Below, piece after piece: positions 1 through 12,444 of a DNA stretch of 64,000 nucleotides. The stretch lies in the NCBI RefSeq assembly GCF_030684315.1, contig NC_081381.1:30920784-30984783 (forward strand), written 5' to 3'. This DNA is from Stegostoma tigrinum. Its lineage: Eukaryota. Positions within the stretch are counted from its first letter, which is position 1. Each line of letters starts with the position of its first letter. The notes beneath the pieces were generated by a model that was not told the origin of the DNA, made no database searches, and saw only the letters and a program-made list of their open reading frames with translations. The translations under genes were made by a program, and so were the position numbers.

Positions 1-292
1 ATAACACTGCCTAAAGTAAAATTGACAAGTTATAAATCATTTTGCAAAACTTCAATAAAAGACAGTTGTAGACATTAGCTCACATCTTAACAGGAGTATA
101 GCCCTTTCTAGATATAGAGGAGAAAGTTTTAAGCATGTTCCCAAAATAATTTTAACACCAAGATAATCCATTCAGGTTCACCCATTCTACCCCTCAACAC
201 AGGTACAACATTTCCTCAATGGCTACTTCGAATGACTCTTTGCTTCGCCCTTCACAGACGATCATCCTTCCCCAAACTTACTAACAAGGGCA

Positions 293-365
293 GCCTACAG
301 CCTTGAGTATGAAAATGCCTGATCCCAGAAGCTACGCAGGCTCAGGGCCTGGTTAGCATTTGGAT
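293..365 (+). pseudogene. Degenerate 5S rRNA fragment (pseudogene or 5S-derived SINE head)
   Basis: gcctacagcc...tgaaaatgcctgatc-ccagaagctacgcagg...gggcctggttagcatttggat is colinear with vertebrate 5S rRNA (GCCTACGGCC...GATCTCGGAAGCTAAGCAGG...GGGCCTGGTTAGTACTTGGAT); it has deletions and no 3' end. Confidence 0.7.
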
Positions 366-2077
366 TTTATATTAGCTACACATACGGTCAAAGGAAATTT
401 GAGATTTGTTAATATATTTAAATCAACCTGTCTAGACATACTATGACATTTCTGAAATAGACAGGACCTGAACCAAGGTATCATGGGCCAGAGGAAGGGG
501 CATACCACCACTTCACAAGAATCTCTCCAAACTTTTCACATAACTGAGGCAAGTAGGATTTAAACTCAGATCAACATTCTCATAGGTAAAGAATCCGCAC
601 CACAACAGCCCTTCGCCTACTATACCCGTCATTCTCCAGGAGATCAAGTTCAAATCATATCTGTCCAAGCTACGTGAACGGTTTGGACAGACTCTTACCT
701 CTGGCCATAGTAGTGGAGTTCAAATCCAATCTATTTCAGAAGTGTGTCATTATATACCTGGACAGATTGATTAAATACATTAACAAGGACCATCTCTAAT
801 ATTCTTTGACACTACTTCTAGGTACAGCTAATATAAAATGCAGAAACCGAATAGACCAACAGACATAAAAAATACACTGTAGGAAAGAGTGAAACAATTG
901 TTTCTTTCATATTCATTGAGTACATAAAATATTTTCATTTGTCAGGATTCTGATAGTTTCTCCTCTTTAGCTGTTTCAATGAGCAGTGTCAGGAACAAGA
1001 GGAGACAAGTTTAAAGACAATTTGGCAAAAGGACCAGACTGAAATGGGACATTTTCCAAGCAATGAGTATACAGTGTGAAGAGGAGGTGGAAGCAGATTG
1101 AATGGAGTATTTTCAAAAGAGAATTGGTTAGATATATTCGTGACAAGAGAAAGAATGCACGACAACACAAACAGGGAGGCAGGCTAAGTCGGCAGCCCCC
1201 GCATTGGAAGACATCATTCAGCCAAATCAACACTGCTGTGATACAGTGTGCCACCAATTTCAATTATGTTACAAATAGCAACCTCAAATGAGGGTGAGCA
1301 GAAATTGGACACACTTGGCAAAGACATCCCAACTTCTTAGTAGGAGACCATACTGGCTGCAGGAAGAATCTGAAATGTTCTTGTTTTTTGTGTCTGGCAC
1401 TGATCCAAAATGGACCAATAAGATCCAGAATGAGTTCCCAGTAAGCATTTTTAAAATAAATTCCTGGGATGTGCTCACTGGCAAGGGTGGCATTTATTAA
1501 GTACCTTTGGTTGTTCTGAGGAAGTGTGAACCACTGTACCATTCCGATACAACAGAGGTTTTTTTTAAAAGACCAATTCAGAGGAAGTAAAGGTCAGCCA
1601 CACTGGCACTAGCCCCAAACCACAGAGGTCTGACCACGTAAGCAATGGCAAATTGTAATGGACGCTCAGAGCACCAGGATCCTTAGAACAATTCAAGCTG
1701 CTTTGTGGCCACTTTTACTGACACAAGGTGCACATTTTCCAGTCTCTTAAAACGGTGTTTGGGACCTCAGAGTCCTGCAAAAGTTGAAGAAAAAGAGCAA
1801 GAATTCCTGCTTCTGATTGCTTGGATGGACTCCATCGGCAAAGTGAGGGCAGAATCTGGCACAATTGTGATTAAGTTGAATACACTGTCTGGGATGTGAT
1901 TTTTTTATTCTTACATCCTCAATTACCCTAGAGGTTGTTGAAATTTGTGCCTAAAGAGCCTAAGGAGGAAGATAACAGGCATTTACAAAATGAGGCTGTG
2001 TGCTGGAACTAATCAACATTCACCAAGCAAATCGAAACTTCATGTTGCTGCAAATGTATTTATTTCCTTATTTGGAT

Positions 2078-3214
2078 TACCATATATACTCCTGTAAAAG
2101 AACAACTTTTTTTAGACTGTCCTTTAAGGTTAAACTCATGGAGTCAACGGTTACACAAATGCCACTTTTACAATTAGATTAGATTCCCTACAGTGTGGAA
2201 ACAGGCCCTTGGGCCCAACAAGTCCACACACCACCCCTTGAAGCATCCCACCCAGACCCATCCCCCTGTAACCCACACACCCCTGAACACTATGGGCAAT
2301 TTAGTACGGCCAATCCACCCAGCCTGCACATCTTTGGACTGTGGGAGGAAACCGGAGCACCCAGAAGAAACCCATGCAGACACGGGGAGAATGTGCAAAC
2401 TCCACACAGACCGTTGCCCGAGGCGGGAATCGAACCCGGGTGTCTGGCGTTGTGAGGCTGCAGTGCTAACCACTGAGCCACCGTGCCGCTCTTTTGGAGG
2501 GGCTTAAATTCATACTACACTCCAAAATACTGTATCAATAGCAGAAGCCCAATTGATCTCAAATGAATAACAGTAATTACTGTAATATATTCTAGGTTAG
2601 CAGGCAGCTTTTGTGCAGTCTTACTTCCCTGTCAAAGTACTAAGTCATGCCTTCTCATGACCCTTATGCACCATCCAGCTCTTGCCTTAAAATCTGAAAT
2701 TCCATCCTTCTTCGATTCATTTGGCGTATGGATTCGGATGACTTCACAACTAACACATTTTCAGTTTTGATAATTTTCAAGCACCCACTCAGCAACTTTT
2801 TTCTCCAATTCTGGCTAGGTTTACCTCTGTTGGCACACTTTCGCTTTAGCATTGTCCGAAGTTGGTTCAATATCATTCTCCAGTCTCTCATGTTTCTCTG
2901 AAACAAAAATTCTCTTGCTGCTACACAGTTATCTGTCTTCTCTGCAACTTCAATAATTTTCCGTTTAAAATGTTGCTGTTTACTTTTTGTTTTTTTTCCT
3001 GGGAGGGGATTTTTACGCAAAACGATGAAGCAATTTCAAGCACAATAGCACGAAATAATTCATTTCTTCACTGTAACATTTACTTACAGGATAATGTGTT
3101 GATCTGTTATCTGTGAAGAACTAAGATCAATTTTTACATGAGATCTATGGAAAATTCCACACTTTTTTGGCTGACTTTTACTCGAGATCGACTTCTACTC
3201 GATTCTATACGTTA
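2078..3214 (-). mobile_element. Decayed pogo/Tigger-type DNA transposon, internally deleted and interrupted by a SINE
   Basis: ORF 2664-3020 (FKRKIIEVAEKTDNCVAAREF...MRDWR) resembles the Brinker-type DNA-binding domain of POGK-like transposases, followed after frameshifts by a CENP-B HTH-like segment (ELEKKVAEWV...FKARAGW); degenerate TIRs taccatatatactcctgtaaaag (2078) and reverse complement taacgtatagaatcgagtagaag (3214). Confidence 0.65.
2174..2489 (-). mobile_element. HE1-like tRNA-derived V-SINE, full length
   Basis: Minus strand: A box (ggtggctcagtggttagc), B box (gggttcgattccc), V domain (tgtgtggagtttgcacattctccccgtgtctgc...ggtttcctcccacagtccaaaga), 3' tail ccacactgtagggaatctaatctaat. 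Confidence 0.9.
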
Positions 3215-3927
3215 TTCACCAGCCTTCGTTAAACATTACTCAGAGATCAATGTTGCTGAATCAATAAATTGGCTTTCTCCACTTTCAAAAATGTTCACTC
3301 AAGTAATTCTTGGGAATGATGCGAATGATCCACAAAGAAAGGTTTAACAGATCAGATATTATCTGGATTTTTGAAGAATCAGAGGCAATCTCATTTAAAA
3401 CTCAAAGTTCCTACAGGGATCGGCAGGGTTGACGCAGCAACGGCTTCAGAACAAGCTGTTGGTAATTTAGGGCTGAAAGGAGGATTTTCTGGGGAGAGGA
3501 GGGAAACTTTGGAAGTATTCACAAGAGAGATGCTAAGTGAAATAACAACGTAGGCCGGTATCCCGTCACCTTTTGTCTACATGTGCACAGTAGATGACAC
3601 TGACACGGCTAGTACAGAAGCGGCTCAAGTGAACAGAATCTCTGACACTCCTTGTTTATATCTGTCAGCCAGGGCTTGTTTCCGCACTGTAGGGATTCTA
3701 TGGAAAAATGCTCTCATAGAATCGACTCAAAGTGCTGAATAGCTTCCTTGCGCTCCAATAGGTCCCTTGTTCAGGATTATGCGGTGCAAAATCAACAGTT
3801 TTTGGTGACGGTGGAAAAAGCATATAATTGAGAGAAAACATGTACGCATTTATACATTTTCAGGCGCTCGGAGCCAACTGAGCGTTTCAGTTGGTAGAGT
3901 TATGCATGAACGGCAAATTATACTTAC

Positions 3928-4085
3928 GGGAAAGCAGCCATCATGAAACAAAAGACGGAGAACAAGCCCAGAACAACACTCGCCATATCTCTACCGTTCT
4001 CGGTGCACTCTTTCAGTACGTTCCAAACAAACAGGGATCCGTTCGGGCAATCAGTGGTGAAGTTTCCCATGAGGTAGTCCGCCAT
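3928..4085 (-). CDS. SLC66A1: Lysosomal cationic amino acid transporter (PQ-loop protein PQLC2), first coding exon; the rest lies left of the window
   Basis: Manual translation MADYLMGNFTTDCPNGSLFVWNVLKECTENGRDMASVVLGLFSVFCFMMAAF-P matches the PQLC2 N-terminus (human ...CPSGSIQWIWDVLGECAQDGWDEASVGLGLISILCFAASTFP); phase-2 donor CC|gtaagt at 3927; upstream acceptor ttgtttatttccatcccctag puts the exon start at 4144. Absent from the ORF track. Confidence 0.9.
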
Positions 4086-4402
4086 CACTCACACCACACG
4101 GTTCAGAGGAGTTTTTGCGTCAGACAACTTCCCCCAGTAAGAGCCTAGGGGATGGAAATAAACAAGAAACTGACCAAGAAGCAGAGCAAAAATATCGAAG
4201 AAACAACCCAATACATCAACACCGATACAGGCAGCAGATTTTGTAGGTAAGCGGCTTGTGGCAGGGGCGAAGGGACGGCAACGTTTATGATGACATCCAA
4301 ATTTGGAAGTTAAATTAACTGCCCGAATTGGGCCACCAAGGGGATGTACAGGAAATGAAGAATATTCAATCACCGTACATCGCTACCCCGTCCTTTCAGC
4401 AA

Positions 4403-4470
4403 GAGAGATAACAAGGTGTAGAGCTGGATGAACACGGCAGGCCAAGCAGCATCAGAGGAGCAGGAAAGCC
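4403..4470 (-). mobile_element. Short Penelope terminal-repeat-derived insertion with 11-bp TSD
   Basis: cctttcagcaa duplicated at 4392-4402 and 4471-4481; the interior matches the 3' repeat of the Penelope-like elements. Confidence 0.8.
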
Positions 4471-4706
4471 CCTTTCAGCAATAGGTTGGCTGGATATGGA
4501 GTTATTGGTTACATTTAAAATGGCATTTCAGCAGGATTGGGGATTGCGAAATCGCTTAATGAGGAGGAAAATAAAATCAGAGTCAATTCTCAAGTTCAGC
4601 GGGGGAATATAGTCACCAAGAACCAAAGTAACTGTTGAAACAACCTGCTCCCACTTTGCCTGCAAGATCTTGAAGACAGAGCCGCAGAAACTTCAGCCTG
4701 GCAGAG

Positions 4707-4728
4707 ATCACATGATGCGTCACGTGAT
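4707..4728. promoter_or_regulatory. Tandem M-box/CLEAR E-boxes (MiT/TFE-type) in the putative SLC66A1 promoter
   Basis: atcacatgat (4707-4716) and gtcacgtgat (4719-4728); CLEAR consensus is GTCACGTGAC; located upstream of a lysosomal gene. Confidence 0.7.
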
Positions 4729-5940
4729 ATTATCTATGGCATCTGATCGGAGACTCGAGTTCCAGAGGCGTGCATTGAGGTGCTATTTGCTCTATGTTTG
4801 AATGGGTTTGTCTATTCCTTTTTCAAATCGGTCCCACTCAATTTCCTCATCTTCCCCTTAAAATTTACTACTTCAGCAAAGTCTGCTTGCGAGCCATTTA
4901 CCAAACAACCATAGTCAGCAATAATGCAAACGCCATGTGGTTCAGTTTCTCAATCATGAGATAACTCGTGCCCGCTTGCTTTGAGTACAGATCACAGCAT
5001 AGCTACTTCTTCCGTGACATTTTTTTCCTTTTGCAAATCACATCAAATCTCTGCCCTCCGATTAAACAAAAACGTGACTCTTAAACGAGACGGAAGAAGT
5101 TCCCCCAATCTACTCTATCCGCTTTGCGCATGAGTTTGAAAAATCAAGGACAATTCACCGAATGAGCAGTTCCGGTGTGGAAATGCAGACCCTGGAAGCG
5201 TGGTGGAGGCAGAAGTGTCGAGGCATCCAAGGGGGAGGGGGGGGGGAATGCAGGAAATTGGCAGTAGTCCATTTGAAGAGCTGACCAGACATGATTTGTC
5301 GAATTGTCTTCTTCTGGACAGTAAAATTTATATGATTTCTCTGCTCAAGGCAAGTCTTAGAAAATCGGTTATCTCGTGATTGAGAAGCAGTGGATACGCG
5401 TAAATGTTAGCTACTTTTTTAAAAAAAATGTTTGCAACCAGGTTTTGCTCTCTTTTAGATGGGATGCCAAACCAATAGAACCATTTACCTGCTCTTATTT
5501 TGACTTAGTTCTAGTTCAGGTCAATAGGAAGTAAGACTCCACTAAATCCAGCCAGCACTTCCCCCTTAGTTAAAATCCCTCAGCTGCCTCACCGAACACA
5601 TCCTCGCCCTCAACAACTTCTCTTTCGATTCCTGCCACTTCCTACAGACAAAGGGGGTGGCCATGGGGTACCCGTATGGGCCCAAGCTATGCCTGCCTCT
5701 TTGTAGGTTACGCGGAACAGTCCCTCTTCCGCACCTACACTGGCCCCAAACCCCACCTCTTCCTCCGTTACATTGATGACGGTATCGGCGCCGCCTCTTG
5801 CTCCCAAGAGGAGCTCAAACAGTTCATCCACTTCACCAACACCTTCCACCCCAACCTCAAGTTCACCTGGGCCATCTCCAACACATCTCTCATCTTCCTG
5901 GACCTCTGTCTCCATCTCAGGCAAGCAGCTAGAAACTGAT

Positions 5941-6102
5941 TGTATCAGTGATAATGGGAACTGCAGATGCTGGAGAATCCAAGACAATAAAATGTGAGGC
6001 TAGATGAACACAGCAGGCCCAGCGGCATCTCAGGAGCACAAAAGCTATGCGCTCCTGAGATGCTGCTGGGCCTGCTGTGTTCATCCAGCCTCACATTTTA
6101 TT
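5941..6102. mobile_element. Fold-back Penelope terminal-repeat derivative nested in the RT of the same family, 14-bp TSD
   Basis: agctagaaactgat at 5927-5940 and 6103-6116; arms aataaaatgtgaggctagatgaacacagcagg...caggagc and gctcctgag...cctcacattttatt are reverse complements. Confidence 0.85.
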
Positions 6103-7275
6103 AGCTAGAAACTGATGTCCACTTCAAGCCCACCGACTCCCACAGCTACCTAGAATACACCTCCTCCCATCCACCCCCCTGCAAAAATTCCATCCCCTAT
6201 TCCCAATTCCTTTGCCTCTGCCGCATCTGCTCCCAGGATGAGGCATTCCACTCCCGCACATCCCAGATGTTCACGTTGTTCAAGGACCGCAACTTTTCCC
6301 CCCCGCAGTGGTCGTGAACGCCCTTGACCGTGTCTCTCGCATTTCCCGCCTCACACCCTGCCCCCACTATAACCACCCTAAGAGAATCCCCCTCGTTCTC
6401 ACATACCACCCCACCAACCTCTGGATACAACACATCATCCTCCGACACTTCCGCCATCTACAATCCGACCCCACCACCCAAGACATTTTTCCATCCCCAC
6501 CCTTGTCTGCCTTCCGGAGAGACCACTCTCTCTGCGACTTCCTTGTCTGCTCCATACTCCCATCCAACCCCACCACACCTAGCACCTTCCCCTGCAACCG
6601 CAGGAAGTGCTACACTTGCCCTCACACCTCCTCCCTCACCCCCATCCCAGGCCCCAAGATGACTTTCCATATCAAGCAGATGTTCACCTGCACATCTGCC
6701 AAAGTAGTATACTGTGTCCACTATACCCAGTGTGGCTTCCTCTACATTGGGGAAACCAAGCAGAGGTTTGGGGACTGCTTTGCAGAACACCTCTGCTCAG
6801 TTCGCAATAAACAACTGCACCTCCCAGTCGCGAACCATTTTAACTCCCCCTCCCATTCCTTAGACGACATGTCCATCATGGGCCTCCTGCAGTGCCACAA
6901 TGATGCCACCCGAAGGTTGCAGGAACAGCAACTCATTCCGCTTGGGAACCCTGCAGCCCAATGGTATCAATGTGGACTTCACAAGCTTCAAAATCTCCCC
7001 CTCCCGCACTGCATCCCAAAACCAGCCCAGCTCGCCCCCTCCCCCCACTGCATCACAAAACCAGCCCAGCTCGTCCCTGCCTCCCTAACCTGTTCTTCCT
7101 CTCACCTCAAGCTGCACCTCCATTTCCCACCTACCAACCTTATCCCGCCTCCTCGACCTGTCCGTCCTCCCCGGACAGACCTATCCCCTCCCCACCTATA
7201 CTCTCCTCTATCCATCTTCGGTCCGCCTCCCCCTCTCTCCCTATTTATTTCAGAACCCTCTCCCCATCTCCCGCT

Positions 7276-7304
7276 CTGATGAAGGGTCTAGGCCCGAAAG
7301 GGTC
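7276..7304 (+). ncRNA. Minimal hammerhead-ribozyme-like motif in the Penelope 3' repeat
   Basis: CTGATGA-a-GGGT(ctag)GCCC-GAAA-gg-GTC. Confidence 0.6.
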
Positions 7305-7604
7305 AGCTTTTGTGCTCCTGAGATGCTGCTTGGCCTGCTGTGTTCATCCAGCTACATACTTTGATATCTTATATCCATTTTATCAGGTTTGGCCACTTTT
7401 TTTCCCCAACTGGTGGTAACATTTTATGCCTCCTAGCCACTGTGCATGTAAAAGATCTTCTGACATTATTTTAAGAAAAACAGGGAAGATATCCCTCTTC
7501 AACATTGCATTCAATTATTTTAAATCATTGTCTCCAATGTATTTATTGTTTTCTCTAGAACTTGTTTAGAAATTAGGAGTTTCCCATTTAAACCACAGAT
7601 GAAA

Positions 7605-7739
7605 ACTGAAAGAACTGTGGAAGTTGTAAACCAGGAACAAAAACAGAAGTTGCTGGGAAAGCTCAGCAGGTCTGGCAGCATCTGTGAAGGAAAAAAAAAA
7701 ATCAGTTAACATTTCAGGTCCGGTGACCCTTCCTCAGAA
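7605..7739 (-). mobile_element. Short hammerhead-motif Penelope derivative (second family) with 20-bp TSD
   Basis: catttaaaccacagatgaaa (7585-7604) and catttaagccacagatgaaa (7740-7759); the sense strand starts ttCTGAGGAagggtcaccggacctGAAAtgTTA. Confidence 0.8.
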
Positions 7740-8189
7740 CATTTAAGCCACAGATGAAATCATCTTTCATTACCTCTCTCAGAGGGTCACAAGACTTTAG
7801 AACTCTTTTTCTAAAAAAGTTCATGGAAGCAAAGTCCATGAATATTTTTAAGGCTCAGGCAGATAGATTCTAGTTAAGCCAAAGGGTTGAAAGGTTATTG
7901 GGGTAAGTTGGAATACAGATTTAAAGTTATAGATCAACCATTTGATCAGCAGACAGGTTTGAAGTGCTAAATGGCCTACTTCTGCTTTCTGTTAGTATGT
8001 TCACTTTGCAGTCATACGCATGCTGTTCAGTCAGTACACTTTATCTGGTCACATCTTTAGTTTCTTAATCTCTCTAGGTTGGATATACATTTATTTGGGG
8101 GATATGGATATCACTAGCAGAGAAGCGTCTGTTACTCATCTCTGACTGCCTTGCAAAAGTGATAGTAAATTGCCTCAGAGTTGTAGAAA

Positions 8190-9198
8190 AAGTTCAAAGT
8201 GGAAACACACCCTACAGTCCAACTTGTCTATGCCGACTAGATATCCTAAATTAATCTAGTCCCATTTGCCAGCATTTGGCCCATAATCCTCTTCCTATTC
8301 ATGTACTCTTTTAAATGTCAATTGTACCGGCCTTCGCCACTTCCTCTGGCAACTCATTTCACACGTGCCCCACCTCCTGCATGTAAAGGTTGCCCCTTAG
8401 GTCCCTTTTGAATCTTTCCACTCTCACATTAAACCGAAGCCCTCCAGTTTTGGATTCCCCTACCTTGGGGAAAAGACCTTGACTATTCACCCTATCACTG
8501 CGCCTCATGATTTTATAAACCTCTATCAGGTCACCCCTTAGCCTCTGGCACTCTGGGGAAAATAGCCCCAGCCTATTTAGCCTTTCCTCATAGCTTAAAC
8601 CATCTAACTCTGGCAACATGCTTGTAAATCTTCTCTGAACCCTTTCAATTTTCGCAACATCCTGCTATGGCAGAGAGGTCAGAACTGAATGCAGTATTCC
8701 AAAAGTGGCCTAACCAATGTCCTGAACAGCCGCAAAATGACCCAACTCCTATACTCAATGCATTGATCAATAAAGGCAAGCATACCAATCACCTTCTTCG
8801 CTACCTTGTCTACTTGCAACTCCAATTTCAAAGAACCGTGAAGCTGCACTCCAAAGTCTCTTTGTTCAGTAACATTCCCCAGGACCTTGCCATTAAGTGT
8901 ATAAGTCCTGCCATGATTTGCCCTATTAAAATGTAGCACCTCACATTCATCTAGATTAAACTGTCTACCACTCCTCAGCCCATCTGATCAGGATCCTGTT
9001 GTACTCTGAAGTAATCATCTTCGCTGTTCACTACACCACCAATTTTGCAGATGATACCAAACTTACTAACCATCCCTCCTTTGTTCACATCCAAATCATT
9101 TACATCAATGATTAAAAAGCAGTGGACTCAGAACTGATCTTTGCAGCACACTGCTGGTCACATGCCTTCAGTCTGAAAAGCAACACTCCACCACTACT
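8190..9198 (-). mobile_element. CR1-type LINE 3' fragment (RT C-terminus and 3' UTR)
   Basis: ORFs 8679-8939 (LFRTLVRPLLEYCIQF) and 8359-8619 (LSYEERLNRLGLFS...RLRGDLIEVYKIM). Confidence 0.9.
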
Positions 9199-9407
9199 GA
9201 AAGAACCGTGGATGCTGTAAATCAGGAACAAAACAAAGTTGCTGCAAAAACTCAGCAGGTCTGGCAGCATCTGTGAAGGAAAAAACATAGTTAATATTTC
9301 ACGTCCAGGAGGAATGGTTACCAGACCCGAAATGTTAACTCAGTTTTTTTTCCTTCGCAGATGCTGCCAGACCTGCTGAGCTTTTCCAGCAACTTTGTTT
9401 TTGTTCA
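9199..9407. mobile_element. Fold-back Penelope derivative (second family) inserted in the CR1 fragment
   Basis: Inverted arms acaaagttgctg..ctcagcaggtctggcagcatctg and cagatgctgccagacctgctgag..cagcaactttgt; TSD tccaccactact / tccatcactact. Confidence 0.75.
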
Positions 9408-11149
9408 TCCATCACTACTCTGTCTCCCAGCTTTCTGCCAATTTTCTATCCAATTCTGTAGCCTTCTTGAACTGCTGTAGTCCTTGGGTGTACTTACCAT
9501 CCATTTCTTTTTTCCATGACACCTTTTGCCATTTAATTTTTCTTGTCCTCCTCAAGACCTTTCACTTGCTCAAAATTTATTATTTTTTCTATCTTTCCTC
9601 AAGTTTTGTTGAAAGAACATGAGCCTGATCGTTAAATGTTTTTCTCTCCATGGATGCTGTCTAACCTGCTGAATAGTTTAACCATTTTCTGTTTGTATTT
9701 AGAAGTTGAGTCTTTTGTTTGTATCTTTAAGATAGCTTTAAGCATATGTTCAACATTCACCTGTTTTGCAGATGTTTGCAGCATGAATACATGAAAGCCT
9801 ACAGGACAGAGTTCATATAATAAAATGAAAATCTCAGGGCATACAACCAGATATTCAAATTTTGCGTTGGAATGCCCATTATTCTGAAATCAATGAATAA
9901 TATTGGTTTTCAAAGCCAGGAGATGGGGTTTAGGAGAACATAAAGCTCAAATGCATGCACAGTACCCAAAAGACAAAGTAAAGTTTTACTTCTCCCATGC
10001 CACTGCAAATAGATTTGAATTACTTTGCATTCAATTTTTGAGAGTGCTCTGCATCTGTCCTTAATCATGGTAAAAACTGACTTACATATTGGGATCTCAA
10101 AATTAGATCCCCTTTGATTGTACATTCAAGCTTAATTCAGAGCTTGAGCTGGTGATGTGATTCCAGTGCAGTAGTATACAGGAGTAGGAAGAGCAGGAAT
10201 TCCATTGTGCAGAGAGAAAAATAATTGAACAGGAGAGAGGTAAGATGTAGTGCAAAGGGTTATTTCTAACACTAACTATTGAACATATACAGAGGAAGCT
10301 ACTTATTGATAATGTTATGATCACATAAGCTTCTGAAGAAGGAGCAACAACCCAGGTTGCGTGCTTTGCTAGAATGTATGTATTTAACATAATGTAAATA
10401 AAGAACTACTTTGAAAAAGTTGGTCTCTAGCTATATCCTTTGCACTGAGTAGTGCACTGTAAAACCTTCCAAGACACCGCCCAAAAACAAAACATGCTAA
10501 AGGAAAGTGTTGTTTGCAGACAAATTAGATAGATTCTATCACCTGTCCAGGTGATTTAAGTGGATACGAAAGCACATAAATGAAAGAATAAGTAAGTTCT
10601 TCAGGTGTCCTGTACAAAATCCTCCTGTGAGTGATGTGACCAAAAACAAGATAACTGGTTATTCATCTCATTTGCTCTGTGTGGGACTTTGCTAAGTCAA
10701 TACTTTGAAATCGGATTCATACATTTAAACTGATTTGGGCATTTCCGAAAGATATGACAAATGGCTACAGACGTCCTAATTCTCCTGGGAAAGGGGGATG
10801 GGAAACCTCAAAAGTAAGCCAGGAGATCAACAGACCAGAGGACAAGGAAAGGAACAGAAGAGTAAAAAGCCCAGACAGGGGTGAATGGGAGACCAAGATC
10901 ACAAAGGTGAAGCTGGAAACTAGAAGTTTGAAAGCAGGGCTCACTAAAGCCAAGATCAGAAAGAAATGGGAAATAGGGGGACCATGCCAAAAAAGGCAAG
11001 TGTATTCTCAAAATAAGCTAGTGAAATCCACTACAATACCTCGTATGTAGGGTAATTTATTTTTAACACCTGAATGATGACCTATGTTTCTCACGGTACA
11101 TATTTGCCTTTCATTTTGGAAATTTGCAGTGCAGCACTGGTGTTTATGT

Positions 11150-11505
11150 TTAGTGCAGTAATGGTAATGCCACTGGGCTGGTAATCATCACTCAGGTTAA
11201 TCCTCTGAGGTTCAAAACCGACCATGGCAGCTGATGAAATTTTAATTCAGTGAATAAATCTGGATTATAAAGCCAGTTTGAGTATTGGTAACCATGACAA
11301 TTTGTTATAAAAACCCATCTCGTTCACAATTGTCCATTTGGGAATTAAATCTGCTACCTTTAACTGGAATGGCCTACATTTGACTCCAGACATACAGACA
11401 AGTAATTGACTCTTAACTGCCCTCTGAAACGGCCGAGCAAGCCACAGTTCAACAGTAATTAGAGATGGGCAGCAATTGCTGGCCTTGCCAGAAACACCCA
11501 CAATA
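11150..11505 (+). mobile_element. tRNA-headed SINE with Deu-domain-like core (SacSINE1-like)
   Basis: Core ggcctacatttgactccagac...ttgactcttaactgccctctgaa and tail aattagagatgggcag...gctggccttgcc; same family at 35905-36270 (+) and 42530-42860 (-). Confidence 0.7.
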
Positions 11506-12444
11506 GAAGAAAAAAAAACAGGAGGGTTACCTCAAAATTGATAATAAAGACTTGCAATTCTATAGCACATTCATGACCTCAGGATGAATTAAAATGCTTT
11601 ATGGCCACTAAGTACTTTTTGAAGTTTAGTCACTATTGTAATGTAGAGAAAGCAACAGTTAATTTGCACACAGCAAGCTCCCACAAATAGCAATGTAATA
11701 ACGATCTGATATCTAAACTTATGTACTTGCATCCTGGAATGAGACTGAAATTCATAACCTTCTGTCTTGGGAGATAAGGGTACTATCAACTGACCTACAG
11801 CTGATACAAGATTTTTCTTTATTACGAAACTAGCTGACAGGAGATATTTAGGTTGTTTACCAAAACCTCCTCTTCCCATTCCATGTGCCTACCATTGTTT
11901 AAATGTCTCTATGCTTAAAGATACTGATGACATTGGTTATGCTGTTAATTTAAGAGGTTTGTTTGAGTGAAGTAAATGCAGAGGAGTAGTACCTTTCATT
12001 TCTACATACAGAGCAAATGGATATCCGCACTTTGAGGTGGAGATAGTGAAGGGAAGATGGGCATTAATAAAGGGTAGTGGGAGTGAATAAAGAGCAGGGG
12101 AGAGAGATAATGAAGGGGATAACGGTGGTAGTACTTGGATGGCAATGAATAAGTGATAAATGTGGAGAGAGGTAGGATGGTAACAACTAAGAAGGGGAGG
12201 GGTTGGGTTGAGCAATAAATAAGAAGGAAATGTTGAATGTGGGGAAGAAATAGGCTTTTTGAGAGTCCTGTGTATGAATAGATGTAGCTTTTAGCAAAAC
12301 AAAATAAAACCCTGCAGATATTGTGCCTTTTTCAACAAACCAAAAAGGTTGGGGGGAGGGAACAACATTTCTCTAGGGGAATTCTCCATGTAAACACCTC
12401 AGTCAGCGTCTACTTGCCAAACAATCAGTATCCTTTTTCCATGC

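Larger units (their letters stand above)
5581..7365 (+). mobile_element. Penelope-like retroelement (Neptune-type), 5'-truncated and frameshifted RT + GIY-YIG endonuclease
   Basis: RT motifs (G-x-AMG, MGPSYACLFVG, FLRYIDD), linker CNRRKCYTC, GIY-YIG motif VYCVHYTQCGFLYIGETKQR...EH; 3' repeat with hammerhead motif. Confidence 0.9.

Noticed and set aside
1284-1356. Minus-strand ctgcag|C CAG TAT looks like SLC66A1 coding exon 2 (it would complete the PQ motif in the right phase)
   Set aside because: It continues GLLLRSWDVFAKCVQFLLTLI* with a stop and no match to the expected KTGNMDQALSLWFLLGW; the true exon is probably left of the window
4152-4246. Plus-strand ATG in good Kozak context with AG|gtaagc, joinable to 9772-9820 for a 47-aa ORF
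   Set aside because: The Lys-rich start is the complement of the SLC66A1 polypyrimidine tract, and I recognise no homology
6308-7279. Longest ORFs in the track (323 aa here and 318 aa at 18141-19097) as host genes
   Set aside because: They are frameshifted Penelope RT-linker/GIY-YIG fragments running into proline-rich non-coding repeat
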